A stretch of DNA of 64,000 bases, taken from NCBI GenBank assembly GCA_964016885.1, contig OZ024753.1, positions 15,128,001-15,192,000 on the forward strand, read 5' to 3'. The stretch is from Eledone cirrhosa (lineage: Eukaryota). The notes under the pieces were generated by a model. It made no database searches, was not told the DNA's origin, and saw only the letters and a program-made list of their open reading frames with translations. Both the position numbers and the translations under genes were made by a program. This document shows positions 1 through 14,380 of this stretch, piece after piece. Within the stretch, counting starts at the first letter, position 1. Each line of letters starts with the position of its first letter.

Positions 1-82
1 CGCTATCATGTGTTAGACGTTGTATATATATATATATAGACACACAAACACACACACACACACACATTATTAATAATTATCA

Positions 83-358
83 ATTAATTCTATCGTGCAA
101 TACCTGTGCGTGAAGATTTTTTTTTAAAGTGAGGAAAGACTGTGCACTGAGCCAATCCCACTCTCTGAGCGACAGTAGCTATAACCCGAAAATAAGAAAA
201 GATCAACATCATCGGTATCTACTGAGCCGCAGGTTTTATGTCGGAGTTATCCCAGTTTCTTGAGTTGCCTTCTTCTAGAAGGGCTAGGGGTACTTCACTC
301 TCAGTGGTTTAACTGCGCGATCTGGTATCCAGCCCGATTATTTCTATGTCCCCGCGTA
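83..358. repeat. Unclassified interspersed repeat, about 280 bp (second copy at 26680-26968)
   Basis: Colinear, roughly 85% identical by eye. Confidence 0.85.
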
Positions 359-890
359 TATACATACACATGTATACATATATATATACATATTTACACA
401 CACACACACATATTTATATATACTTCTCTGCACAACATAATGATCTGAAATTATTAATTAATTACTTATTTAACCACGTTATTGCTGTATGTAATGTTAC
501 GCTAATTAGATTAGTTATTTGAGCCGAGATCTGGTTAATGCTTGTTTTAATTAATTATGTTACCAATCTGTCCGGGAAAAGAAAATGAGGATTCACTTTC
601 CTTCTGACGAGTCTCCAAGTAGAAATGAAACTATTCACACTAGTCATAAATATAAAATATATGGTTAGATTTGTTTGACGTCGATACTTATTGGTTTTGA
701 ATAGCGTAATAACATTACAAGTATACCTAAACAGGTACCCTCGTCTGTTCTTGATGAGGCTCGGTGTGTGACGATGGTCACAACCTCAAAGAATTCATAG
801 CGAAAGGTCTTCAAATGTTTTTCATAAACATCCCGTATATTATTCAATATACAATATGTACATTCATATACATATCGCTATGTTGGAGCA

Positions 891-962
<72 letters not shown>

Positions 963-1371
963 TAATTCTGTCGTTACCATAGCAGAAGTCCGACGAGCTT
1001 TTGATTCCAGAGTCGGGCCAGATCGATACAGATCGAACCTTGAGCTGATCAATCGCGAAACGCGCGTCACACCTCAATAAACGTAATGAAGACCTAACAC
1101 GTCGTGCTTTTTATTATTAATATATATATATATATATATATCACAGAAAAAAGAGAATCAGTGTTGCGACGAAGGGATATTATTGAACATATTACAATTG
1201 TTTCTCGGGCGACCAGCTCGAGGTACGATCGATATGGTGATCAAACCTGACTCTGAAATCGCGCGGTTGTCGGATACGTCTCGATTCTACGAAGCAGATT
1301 TTCCTCTATAAGGGCATTGCGTGCTCATACGGCCTACCGCATACGGACGCTTTAAGCATCCAACACCAATT

Positions 1372-1413
<42 letters not shown>

Positions 1414-1422
1414 CGAAGAAAA

Positions 1423-1600
1423 TGTGGTAAGGAACCAGGTGGACCATAACGCACCAAAGTACTCAATACTTGAGGTAGTAGAGTGGGTAATAGGAACCAG
1501 TAAGACCCCGACAGCTGAGCTCAAGCCGTTTCGACGGCTAATTAAGTCCAGAATTAGCCGTCGAAACGGCTTGAGCTCAGCTGTCGGGGTCTTACTGGTT

Positions 1601-1603
<3 letters not shown>
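1423..1603. mobile_element. Fold-back element, family A, in (TA)n
   Basis: Arms 1489-1542 and 1551-1604 form a perfect inverted repeat. Homologous to 13094, 28397, 37952 and 40008. Confidence 0.8.
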
Positions 1604-1644
<41 letters not shown>

Positions 1645-2477
1645 GTGCAGATGAAAATTTAAGCAAAGAATCGCTACTATTACGGGATCTTCTTATCGAA
1701 CCCTATTCGGGTTTCATCCTCATGTTTACTATTACTATATATAAATGCATTGAAACACATTTTAGAGATCCTATTGTATAGTGTTTCTTCGAATTTCAAC
1801 AGAAATTCCCAAGTTGTTCCTAGCACCATGTTCATGTTAAATTACACCGTGAAATACTTGTTGGAATCCATGTACCTCATATCAAGATATCTATGTTATA
1901 CAACACCACCGACCACGTTGAGCACAATTAACCAGTAGGATACCTCTTCTACTTTCTGTTACATATATACACTTTACACAAACATAAAGCGGATACATTT
2001 ATTTCTTCTCATATACATATATATATATCCAAACGGAACTTGAACCGTTAAGGTCTGATTCCTGGGTATGTCACTATTTATAAAACAAATATATTCAAGT
2101 ATCATTGATGGCCATGTGCTTTGATATCTTCTTCCCTACCGCTCTCTCACACGCAGTGTTGACAAGACATATTCAATTTCTAGTAGGTCAGTTGTTTAAC
2201 AACATTTATCCATAGATATCAACCTATATACATATCTTCGGACAATAAAAACATCGCTTTCTCTCTCTATCCACCCATGTACCTAGCTATACTAACATAT
2301 GCGTGTTTGTGAGTGTTCGTATATGTATGTGTGCATGTGTGTATGTATGTGTGCATATGTGTGTATGTACACATATATACCTGTCTGTGTGTGCGTGTAT
2401 GTATGTGTACGCGTGTGTATGTGCTTATATATATATATATATATATATGTGTGTATGTGTACGCGTGTGTATGTGCT

Positions 2478-2516
<39 letters not shown>

Positions 2517-2872
2517 ATGCACACATATATGCGTGGGTGGGTGTGGGTATAAATAATTGTCTGACACGTGCCAATCGTCATTCTTCCCCCCCCCCCAGGC
2601 ATACATATTACATATCACAACATATAAGAGCTGTCTCTCTAACTCTCTCTCTCTCACACACACAAACACACTCACACATATATATATATTATATACTATC
2701 ACATGAAAAGCAAACATATTCACACACACATAAACCCAGACACACACAGTCACACACACACACACGCCGCACACAAACGCACTCTCACGCAATCACACAC
2801 TCACACACGGACATATGCATGCACCCCACCTCACCCACACACACAAAAAACCACCACCTACATACATACATG

Positions 2873-3480
2873 CAGAGTGAGCGGAATATAGATAAAGAAA
2901 GTAGTCCACGCATGATGTAGTGACCAAAACAATGTACAATGCAATCCGTAGAAAAAATAGCCCCGATAATAAACACATTAAAAGCTACAGCAATGTGGAA
3001 GACATACAAATACATAATATGAAAGAGTACTGGTGGAATGTTCCAGTAAAAACCCCTTAAAATGCAGACATAACAGACCAGATATTATGACATGGGACAG
3101 GGAAAAGAAGGCATGCACAGTAGTGGAAGTTAGCTGCACAGCAATTGCCAATATGATATCAAAGATTAGCAAAAAGGAGGGTATTTATGCAGAATTAATG
3201 AGAAATCTACAGATACTCCACCCTGATTATACCTTCAGATTTATGCCTGAGATTATTGAGGCACTGGAATATGTTAGTAACTGCCTCAATATAAATCTTG
3301 AGAAGCTGGGCTTCACAGGAACAGAAAGATCACAACTAGTTAGGAAATTACAAGTACAATCCATTAATGGAACAGTAAAAATATGTAAAACATTCCCAAA
3401 ATGTTGCATCTAATAACTGCATATATGCACATGTACAGATACAAAGCGTATACACATGCTCACATACAACTCAAAACATC
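2873..3480 (+). mobile_element. Second fragment of the same R4/Dong-like LINE, with the zinc knuckle deleted
   Basis: HNRPDIMTWDREKKACTVVEVSC...KEGIYAELMRNL is colinear with 35140-35175 plus 35403-35980. It begins immediately after catacatacat. Confidence 0.87.
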
Positions 3481-3523
3481 CACCTCCACACATACAATAA
3501 CATCCAAACCTACACATGGGGGG

Positions 3524-3677
3524 TTATAATATCGAGTCTATAAGATATGGAATATATCTATTTTTTTGAGAATAATACCATAATATCAGTATGAGCGGCT
3601 GGTTACGGCTGGTTTGAAAAGAAAGAGGTGAGAGAATTTTGACAGAATACGGCCGGTTTTAAATGCTAACGGGTTAA
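3524..3677 (+). mobile_element. piggyBac-type MITE, right half
   Basis: Colinear with 11560-11706; ends AAATGCTAACGGG-TTAA. Confidence 0.7.
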
Positions 3678-3984
3678 GATAGTAAATATCTTTGCTAGGA
3701 TGGCACATCACTTAACATAGTTATAGTTAAGATATCAAGTAAATTAAGATGGAAAGTTGTTCTGTAACTATCTTAGTTAAGTTGGTGTCATATTTAAGTT
3801 AGTACCCCCCCCCCCTCCTCCGAATTATTCCGTGACACTAGAGTCCTTGCTATTCCCTCTCTTTTCCATTCCATTTTTCTCAATGTTCTGTTTGTCTTTT
3901 TCTATTAAACTCTACTTACATGATATATTCCAGAAATAAATCGTTATACCACTTAACTAAATAGTTACTACCTTTCCTAGTCAA

Positions 3985-4203
3985 ATTACTAACTACTATA
4001 GTTAGGATAGTAACTACTATAGTTATGTTAGTAACTACTATAGTTAGGTTACTAACTAGTATAGTAAAATTTTAAATTAGTAACTACTATATTTAAGGAA
4101 GTAACTACTATGGTTAAATTAGCAACTAGTATAGTGAAGTTTAGTAAAATTAGTAACTACTATAGTTAAGTTACTAGTAAAATTAGTAACTACTATAGTT
4201 AAG
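3985..4203. repeat. Degenerate tandem repeat, unit about 20 bp, self-complementary
   Basis: Recurring AGTAACTACTATAGTTA. Confidence 0.85.
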
Positions 4204-4509
4204 TCAATTTTGTAATTAAGGCAATTAAAATGGTAAAGTAATTAGGGTGGGTGGTGGGGTGGGGTGTGTGTGTATGTGTGTGTGTGTGTGTGGGAGGGGG
4301 GGGGGTTGTAGCTGCATGTGAATTGGTTAACCTAAAGATGTAGAATAACAATTTAAGATGGTAGACAAACTGGTTAAAATGGTTGCTATTATCGTTAAGA
4401 TGATAAAGTGTTTAGTTCCGTTATTAACCATATTAAGCTAGTTAAGAGGATAAACCAGTTAAATGGCAACTAGTTACGAGGAGAGCATGATAAGGTCACA
4501 ATAACTTAG

Positions 4510-5052
4510 AGGTAGTAAGCCAAGGGTACGTATTAGAAATAGGGGCTTTACAGTGTCATATTAACTAGTTAAGGGTAGTAGGAGGCCGGTTTGAGGGTTC
4601 GTATTAGAAATAAGGGCTTTACAGTGTCATATTAGATAGTTAAGGTAGTAGTAATCCAGTTTGAGGTACGTATTAGAAATAAGGGCTTTACAGTGGCATA
4701 TTAACTAGTTAAGGGTAGTAAGCCAGTTTAATAGTACGTATTAGAAATAGGGTCTTTACAGTGTCATATTAGGTAGTTAAGAGTAGTAGTAAGCCAGTTT
4801 AAGGGCACGTATTAAAAATAGGGTCTTTACAGTGTCATATTAGCTGGTTAAGCCAGTTTGAGGGTATATATAAGAAATAAGGGCTTTACAAATAATGGCT
4901 TTACAAATTAACTTAGCTGGGATAGTAATCCGTTTAGATGGTACGTATCAGAAATAGGGGCCTTACAGTGGCATATTAACTTAGCTGGGGCAGTAATCCA
5001 TTTACATGGCACGTATTAGAAAAAGGGATTATACATGCCACATTAACTTAGC
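4510..5052. repeat. Degenerate minisatellite, unit about 60 bp, 8-9 copies
   Basis: Recurring GTACGTATTAGAAATA(A/G)GG(G/T)CTTTACAGTGTCATATT. Confidence 0.85.
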
Positions 5053-5707
5053 TAGTTAGGGTATTAAACAATTCAGTCATAAACATATTAAATTCAAGAG
5101 GACGATGGGAGCTTTTCTGGGTCACATTAACTCCACAAGTTAGGGCAGCTTTTAAGAAGAGAAACAAGAGAAGATTCTAAGGAATTTAGTTAAGATGATG
5201 GAATGGGGGGAGAGGAAGCGGGACAGAGAGTGGGGGAACCCCATACAAACTTAAACGTCTAGGTAGGGTAGAAATATGACGAAACCACGTGATTAACACC
5301 ATTTCAGCTGAGCAAAAATATAGGTTGGTGGCGGGAGAGGAAGTAGCGATGGTAATGATGGCGGTGGCGGTGGTGGTAGCGGTGGTGGTGGTGGTGGTGT
5401 TTATGGAGGCTGGGGGTGTGTTTCGCCTTACCTTTCTCTATGTGAAGCACAGGATTACACATCCAAACAATTCATGTTCAATTTAGCTAGTTTTGAAGAT
5501 TTAGATATTCAGCAAGGGGCATGTTAGCAAGCTGAAGAATGGTGCTACACGTGTGTGTGTGTGTGTGTATGTGTGTGTATGTGTGTGTATGTGTGTGTAC
5601 GTGTGTGTGTGTCGGCAGTCGAAGAGCAGCCTGGCAGTAATAATTCCTCGTTTCATTCTATGTAATATCAGTGCCACCAGTGAAATATATTTGGAAGCTT
5701 GCATACA

Positions 5708-6425
5708 TAGACATAAATATATACACATAGATATATATACATAGATGTATACACATAGATATATACACATAGATATATATACACATAGATATATACACAC
5801 ATAGATATATACACATAGATATATACACATAGATATATATACACATAGATATATACACATAGATATATACACATAGATATATACACATAGATATATATAC
5901 ACATAGATATATATACACATAGATATATACACATAGATATATACACATAGATATATATACACATAGATATATACACATATATATATACACATAGATATAT
6001 ATACACATAGATATATATACACATAGATATATACACATAGATATATACACATAGATATATACACATAGATATATACACATAGATATATACACATAGATAT
6101 ATACACATAGATATATATACACATAGATATATACACATAGATATATACACATAGATATATACACATAGATATATATACACATAGATATATACACATAGAT
6201 ATATACACATAGATATATATACACATAGATATATACACATAGATATATATACACATAGATATATACACATAGATATATACACATAGATATATATACACAT
6301 AGATATATATACACATAGATATATACACATAAATATATACACATAGATATATACACATAGATATATAGACATAGATATATACACATAGATATATACACAT
6401 AGATATATACACATAGATATACACT
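5708..6425. repeat. 14/16-bp compound microsatellite (TATACACATAGATA)n
   Basis: Directly visible. Confidence 0.95.
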
Positions 6426-6489
6426 TACACATATACGCAGGTGTATGTATGGATGGATAGATGAATGGATATGTGTGTACGTATGAGTA

Positions 6490-7414
<925 letters not shown>

Positions 7415-8902
7415 AGCATGTTGAAAAGGTAACACACTAGAGAGAGATACAGAGCGCTATCAATAAAACAGTTACCATTTCAACATATTGTATTTTGAAG
7501 AGCTCAGGATTTCCTCACCACCTTTGAGCACATTATTTACAGGGAACGGCGAGGGTCTATGACTCCGTTAATGTATCGTGATATATATATATGTATATGT
7601 ATATGTATATATACATACATATACACATATATCGACATGTTTGTATATATATATATACATACACACATGTCGATACATGTGTGTATATATTTGTATATAT
7701 ATAACATGTATGTTTATATATAATACACACATAAATATTTAATGTTATGGTTTCATGCAAATATAAAAAAGAAATACCTTACCTTTTTCTTTCTCACATG
7801 CGTGCACACACACCCACACACACATACATACACACCCACGCAAACTCTCTCCCTCACACACACACATGTATATGCATTGTACATGTGATGGCATGCTTAT
7901 GTGTATTTAATGATGAGTATTTACGATGCCAGACGGCAAACAACAGCCGACAGACACCAGATGCTAGACATCAGATGCCAAACGACTCACACCAGACGAC
8001 ACACACCAGATAACAGATGCTAGACACCAGATGCCAGACGACAGACAATTTATTGTATTGTACTTAGTAAACCTCCTGCCCTCTCTTCTCCAAACTATTT
8101 TAACCACTCTCATTTACTCTTTAGATCTTGTTTGGGTTGCGTTCCTCTTTATTTATTTCCAACAACAGGAGGAAAAACGACGATAATGACCGAAGATGTC
8201 ACAGAAATGTGTGACGAAAGAACTTTGAGAAATTATATTTATATTTATTGGTCAATCAATGAGAAACATTGATTGCCAGCTAAATTATTTATAGAAATAT
8301 ATAAAAATATACATACTGAAACTGAAACGAAAACTAAACCAAATAGTGAGCGTGTTTTACTATTTTTTTGGGGGGGGGGGGGGGGGGGGGGCAATATTGG
8401 GACATGACCCTCCCCAAATATAACAATATCTTTCCAATTCCTTCTGCATTTAATTCGTATTCTTGCTGTCCTATCTTCCAAATCTTACTTGGCGACGGTT
8501 TCTCCACTACAACCACAATCACACCAACTCAATCACACGGTTTCAGTTCTGGTCCAAATTTTTCTCAATATCAGACGGCGAAGTACAAAAGGAACAACAC
8601 TTCTTGTCATATGTCACAATCATCATGACAAATGAATTTTATCATTCTCACTAATTCTTCTTTGGTGGTGCTTCTCTCCACCAACTTAATCTCACCATTT
8701 CAGTTTGGCTCTAAATTTTTCTCAATATCAGACGTACAAGAAAAAAGGGGCAAACACTTCATATAAAACACGATCATCATGTGTTATAATGGTGTCACAC
8801 CTGTTTATATATCTGTACAAAACGAGTGTAACGTGTGTTATAATGGTGTGACACACCCGATGTGTATATCTGTTCAAAACCAGGGAAACGTGTGTTATAA
8901 TA

Positions 8903-9051
8903 TCGTTTCTACTTTTGGCACAAGGCCAGCAATTATCCCATTACTGGTGGTTTATGTTATCGACCCCGAAAGAGGACGAAAAGCAAAGTTAACCTCGTCG
9001 GGATTTGAACTCAGACCGTAACTCTCGTCCGACCCTCTACCGATACTGCCA
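8903..9051 (-). mobile_element. tRNA-derived SINE, diverged and internally deleted
   Basis: Same family as 30342. Confidence 0.75.
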
Positions 9052-9598
9052 GCATATAATGGTGTGTCACCTATTTTGTATATCTGTACAAAACGAGGGT
9101 AACACCTGAATAATTCACAAGCTGTAATTCCCAACTACCAACGAGGGACTACAACGAGACTCAGTACACACAGTCTCCCTGATAGTTCACTTCAGTTCTT
9201 ATTTATAGATTCTTGGCCTAGTCCACTTTTAGTTACGCGGGGGTGTTCAGGGTCCCCCCCCCCACACACATCATGGCAAATAAATGTTCTCATTTTTACT
9301 TCATCTTTACATTATCTGATTTATCCAGAAACAAACCGTTATCAATGTACTCGGATTTTAATTGTTGAACGAAAGGATATTTTCTAGCCAATGATTTGAG
9401 ATGCATCATATAGAAACCATATTTGTGTAGCTCAAGGAAGGGGTTGTTAAAATGTTGGCAGCTAAGTGATCGAGATATGTTGGCAGCTCACCACTGTGTA
9501 TATATATATTTAAAGGTTAAACAAGGTTCAATGAATAAATCAAATAAAGTTTTACAATAGATTAGAAATACTTAGTCAGGGTATGTCATGCATCATCT

Positions 9599-9665
9599 TA
9601 TTTTATCTGATGAGGACGTACTGTTGAAGATAGCTCAGTGCCTATGAAATATGTATAATAAAATA
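9599..9665 (+). ncRNA. Minimal type I hammerhead ribozyme (related to the 38423 family)
   Basis: tattttat-CTGATGA-ggacgtactg...cagtgcctat-GAAA-tatgt-ATA-ataaaata. 8-bp helix I; helix II sequence differs from 38423. Confidence 0.7.
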
Positions 9666-10363
9666 TATTGATCACACGAATGTCTATTTTTGTTAATATT
9701 TTGAATTAATATATATATAAATATATATATAAGTAGAAGGGATATTTAAAAATATAGTTTTATAAATATAGTTTCCATTTATTTAATATCATACATACAT
9801 GTATACATACATACATAAGGAAAAAAGATGAAATCGAAAATGCAAATGGAACCACAAACCCTCCATCTCAATTCTACTTTTGAAAGGCATAAGAACTGTG
9901 AAACCGGTAAAGGAACCAAATAAATATTCTTAAAAAGACTCCAGTTGCATTTTAGATTTCATCTTTTTTCCTTATACTTTTACTCTTGTAGGACATCTCG
10001 TTTTTTTTTCATTTTGAAAAAAAAAAAACACCTCATTTTCTTATATATATATATTAGAAAATGAGGTTATATATATATATACATATATCCATATATGTAT
10101 GTATATATATATATATATACACACACATATATGCACACACAAATACACACACATTCACATATACACACACACACATATATATATGTATATGGATTTTCGT
10201 CGTTCAAAGACAAAATATATACTCAGTATATTACTCTAAACGAATTAATTCTTTTAATCACGGTTTTTCTTTGTTCCACTCCGAAGACTTCCAATGAGTT
10301 CTTCACAGTGAAACGAAATAAGTTTTTCGTCGATCTAAATATTAGGAATATATATATATATAT

Positions 10364-10812
10364 CTAGGGCGGGTAAAATTCCCGAGATCCATGGACGATC
10401 TCTCCAGCGGTCTCTGTCCCTCATTATCGCTGCCATGTCCTGCGTCTCCAATAGACCAGTGTCTGTCCTTAGGACATCAACATACGTTAACCTTGGTCTT
10501 CCTCTTCTAGTGCGTCCATGTAGGGGCTCCCACAGGACCTCTGAGTGCAATGTCAACTGTGGATGTCGGTGAGCATGTCCGGCTAACCCCAGTCTCCTCT
10601 GTGTCACTTTTGACGTGACTTTTGGAAGGCTCCCATACAGCTCTGAGTTTTTCATCCTCAGTGTATACTGATCAATGTTCAGAGCCATCCTCAGCATTTT
10701 CGTGTAGCACCCATCCACCATCTGAGTGAGTCTCTTGGTCAGTGTCCAAGTCGCAGACCCGTACAGCAGCACAGACTCCACTGCAGCAATGAAGAGACGG
10801 ATTTTCAGGTCT
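10364..10812 (-). mobile_element. RTE-clade LINE 3' fragment (RT C-terminal region) in (TA)n
   Basis: LKIRLFIAAVESVLLYGSATWTLTK...RRLGLAGHAHR...RRGRPRLTYVD...DRDRWR, a typical RTE C-terminus. (TA)n lies on both sides. Confidence 0.88.
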
Positions 10813-10871
10813 TATATATATATATATATATATGAAATATAAGAATCAAAGAACTGTTCAAAACATTATTG

Positions 10872-10918
10872 TGCTTACAGCTGTTTCCTCCAAACCGAGG
10901 TTTGGATTCTTCGGAGCA
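10872..10918 (-). ncRNA. Minimal hammerhead ribozyme with a U4C variant core
   Basis: Reverse complement: tgct-CCGAAGA-atccaaacc(tc)ggtttggag-GAAA-cagct-GTA-agca. Palindromic helix III (acagctgt). Confidence 0.65.
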
Positions 10919-11151
10919 ATTTATTAATGCATGGACAGTTATATGACCTCCTTTTCAGCCGAGAACAGTTCTTTGATTCTTATATTTCATATAACTGCTC
11001 TGTAAATCATCTGATGTTTTTACATTGAGCTACTTAACTTACTGGTAATAAGGTAGTAATACATTACTGCCTACCACTATTTAGGGTGTGTGTAAAATAC
11101 TTACAACTGCTTAAGGTTTTGTGTTTACATAACCATAAATAGTATAACTAA

Positions 11152-11186
<35 letters not shown>

Positions 11187-11477
11187 TTTCATAGGTTTTG
11201 GCCAGTACTGGCCGGGGCCATGACTAACTTAATAGCACCACCTGACGAGTCTTTCAAATCAAGATTTTGGCACCATGGCCCACTCAAGTAGGTAGTTATA
11301 TATATATATATCACTTCGGATACCAAATGGCAAGCCACTGCTCATCGGCTCTGAAGGTCAGGAATTCGGTTCCTTTCGGGTTGGGGGTAATTTAATCCAT
11401 TCATCAGATAACAATGTTGTGCACCTTTAATTCGGTGGTCACACACTGTCTCGTGCCGAACCACACCGAGGTTTTCA

Positions 11478-11706
11478 TGAACCCTTTAGCATTTACGTTA
11501 CTCTATTTTCACTATTGTATTTTCATGGTAACGGCTGTATCTTAAATAATTATCTCACATAATATCGAATCTATGATATTTTGATATTATTTATTTTGAG
11601 AACAATACCTTAACATTAGTATGAGCAGCCGGTTACAGCCGGTTTGAACCGAAAGAGGTGAGAGAATTCTGGTCAGATATGATCGGTATGAATGCTAAAG
11701 GGTTAA
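11478..11706 (+). mobile_element. piggyBac-type MITE, about 225 bp
   Basis: TIRs CCCTTTAGCATT / AATGCTAAAGGG flanked by TGAA and TTAA; homologues at 3524-3677 and 40801-41026. Confidence 0.75.
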
Positions 11707-11747
11707 GAGGACACATGAAATACTCAGCCACTTACATTATAATATAA

Positions 11748-11916
11748 GTAGAAGGTCGGACGCCATGCTTTGCAGCATAGAGTTACGCCCCTTTATGGTC
11801 TGAGTTCAAATCTCGCCGAGGTTCACTTTGCCTTTCATCCTTACGGAGTCGATAAAATAAAGTACCAGTAATGTACTGGGATAATTGCTGGCCTTGTGGC
11901 AAAAGTCTAAACAATT
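11748..11916 (+). mobile_element. tRNA-derived SINE, slightly 5'-truncated
   Basis: Same family as 30342. Confidence 0.8.
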
Positions 11917-11985
11917 ATAATATAAGATGAGCTGTAATTGTTATTCAAGGGGCCAGACTTGACACACGGTGTGCCCTGTTGAATC

Positions 11986-12419
11986 TTCTTTATACAACGT
12001 ACCCCCTGTAAAATCTTTATACAACGTACTCCCTGTAAAATCTTTATACAACGTACCCCCTGTAAAATCTTTGTACAACGTACCCCCTGCTAAATCTTTA
12101 TACAACGTACCCCCTGCTAAATCTTTATACAACGTACTCCCTGTAAAATCTTTATACAACGTACCCCCTGTAAAATCTTTATACAACGTACCTCCTGTAA
12201 AATCTTTATACAACGTACCCCCTGTAAAATCTTTATACAACGTACCCCCTGTAAAATCTTTATACAACGTACCCCCTGCTAAATCTTTATACAACGTACC
12301 CCCTGTAAAATCTTTATACAACGTACCTCCTGTAAAATCTTTATACAACGTACCCCCTGTAAAATCTTTATACAACGTACCCCCTGTAAAATCTTTATAC
12401 AACGTACCCCCTGTAAAAT
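11986..12419. repeat. 27-bp minisatellite, about 16 copies
   Basis: Unit TCTTTATACAACGTACCCCCTGTAAAA. Confidence 0.97.
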
Positions 12420-12695
12420 TGTCAACAAATTTCACAATCAAGCTGTTCTATTAAACACACAAGAGGAACACACGTCTATTGTAACCGACAGAGTTGAAAA
12501 GCCCTACATCAAGAATGCAAAACTGGGGCTCCGGGGGGGGGGGGGGGCACGTGGGTCACATATGTATTGTCTGAAGGCCACACACGACAACTAATTGCGC
12601 ACATTACAACACATCTTTTTTTAAATTTTATATTACGAAGATAAAATTTGCTCTCGCTGTAAAAACCTTTGTGCGAGCCGTAGGTGTACTTGTAA

Positions 12696-12738
12696 AGGGC
12701 CGCGTGCAGCTCGCGGGCCGCATGTTTGACAAGCCTCC
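12696..12738. mobile_element. hAT-like MITE end
   Basis: GGGCCGC...CGCGGGCCGCATGTTTGACAAGCC, a typical Charlie-type terminus; the other end was not located. Confidence 0.45.
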
Positions 12739-13028
12739 TCTACACAACACATCACACTCGGCGAATACGAGGAATGATAAAGTTCTATTAAACATTTAAA
12801 AAAAAAACCCTCTGTATCGAGGAATCGATTCAGGAGAGAAACACAACTTAAGACAGGCGTAATCCAAGAGACACGCATGCGTAGACTTGAATTAGAGTTT
12901 GTCTAAAGGTAAACAAAAAAAATATGACAGCTTTGTTAGCTAACACTCACCTTCAGCTTTATAGCATTGGTTGTTGTTGTTGTATTAGTTTTCTTTGTTA
13001 TCTCAACAATACAAACACACGCTTATAT

Positions 13029-13077
<49 letters not shown>

Positions 13078-13093
13078 TATATATATATATATA

Positions 13094-13267
13094 GGTGTGG
13101 TAAGGAACCAGATGGACCATAACGCACCAGAGTACTCAATACTTAGGGTAGTAGAGTGGGTAATAGGAAAATGTATGACCCCGACGGCAGAGCTCAAGCC
13201 GTTTCGACGGCTATTTCTGGACAGAAATAGCTTGAGCTCTGACGTCGGGGTCATAGATTTTTCCTAT
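13094..13267. mobile_element. Fold-back element, family A, in (TA)n
   Basis: Close match to 1423-1540, followed by an inverted, internally deleted arm. Confidence 0.8.
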
Positions 13268-13631
13268 ATATATAAATATATTATATATATATGTGTGCGC
13301 GCGCACATGTGCATATGTGTGTGTGTGAGTGTATTTGTATATGTGTCTGTGTGTGTGTGTTCGTGTTTGTATGTGTGTGTGTGTTCGTGTATGTGTGTGT
13401 GTATTTGTATGTGTGTGTGTGTGTGTTCATGTTTGTATATGTGTGTGTATGTATGTGTTTGTGCTTGTGAGTGTGTGAGTGTTTGTATGTGTGTGTGTGT
13501 GTGTATGTGTGTTCGTGTTTGTATGTGTGTGTTCGTGTATGTGTGTGTGTCTGTGTATTTGTATGTGTGTATGTGTGTGTGTGTTCATGTTTGTATATGT
13601 GTGTGTGTGTATGTATGTGTGTGTTCGTGTT

Positions 13632-13664
<33 letters not shown>

Positions 13665-14031
13665 TCATGTTTGTATATGTGTGTGTGTGTATGTAAGTGT
13701 GTGTTCGTGTTTGTATGTGTGTATGCATGTGTGTGTGTTCGTGTTTATATGTATGTGTGTGTGTGTGAATGTGTGTGTGTCCCCGAAATATCGATATTCC
13801 TCCATCACCGAAGTTCCGATATTATGGAGAAGTTTTGGAAAACTTCGGAGAAGAATAATCCTGGAGACGGGACATTGGAAAGTTTATAGAAAGACAGAGT
13901 GGTAGAGAGAGTGGGATAGAGAGAGAAGGAGAAAGACAGAGTGGTAGAGAGAGTGGGATAGAGAGAGTGGGATAGAGAGAGTGGGATAGAGAGTGGGATA
14001 GAGAGAGAGAGAGAAAGAGAGAGCGAGAGAG

Positions 14032-14065
<34 letters not shown>

Positions 14066-14321
14066 CGGGCAGTGTTTAGTGAGACACACTAGTACAGACA
14101 CAAACGCTACAGAACTACTATTGGTATCATGATCATCATCATCAACACTATCATACTCGTCATCATCATCATCATCATCAACACCATCATCATCATCAAC
14201 ATCAGTTTCAACACTATCATCATCATCATCATTAACTAGAAGAGGAATACAATAGAGGGAAAATGTACGAGGAACGTTGAATGAGAGAGGGTGTGTATGT
14301 TATATTATGTGTGTGTGGTGT

Positions 14322-14380
<59 letters not shown>

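Noticed and set aside
5612-5705. Candidate SK exon 2 (ASKYISLVALILH)
   Set aside because: Lacks the conserved LKxLISxSTxxLLGLIxxYH S2 sequence; I found no downstream SK exon in 1-19107.
11242-11290. CTGACGAG as a hammerhead
   Set aside because: No downstream GAAA or helix III.
11941-12454. ORFs with (DFTGGTLYK)n or (SLYNVPPVK)n repeats
   Set aside because: By-product of a 27-bp minisatellite that is open on both strands; no splice or homology evidence.
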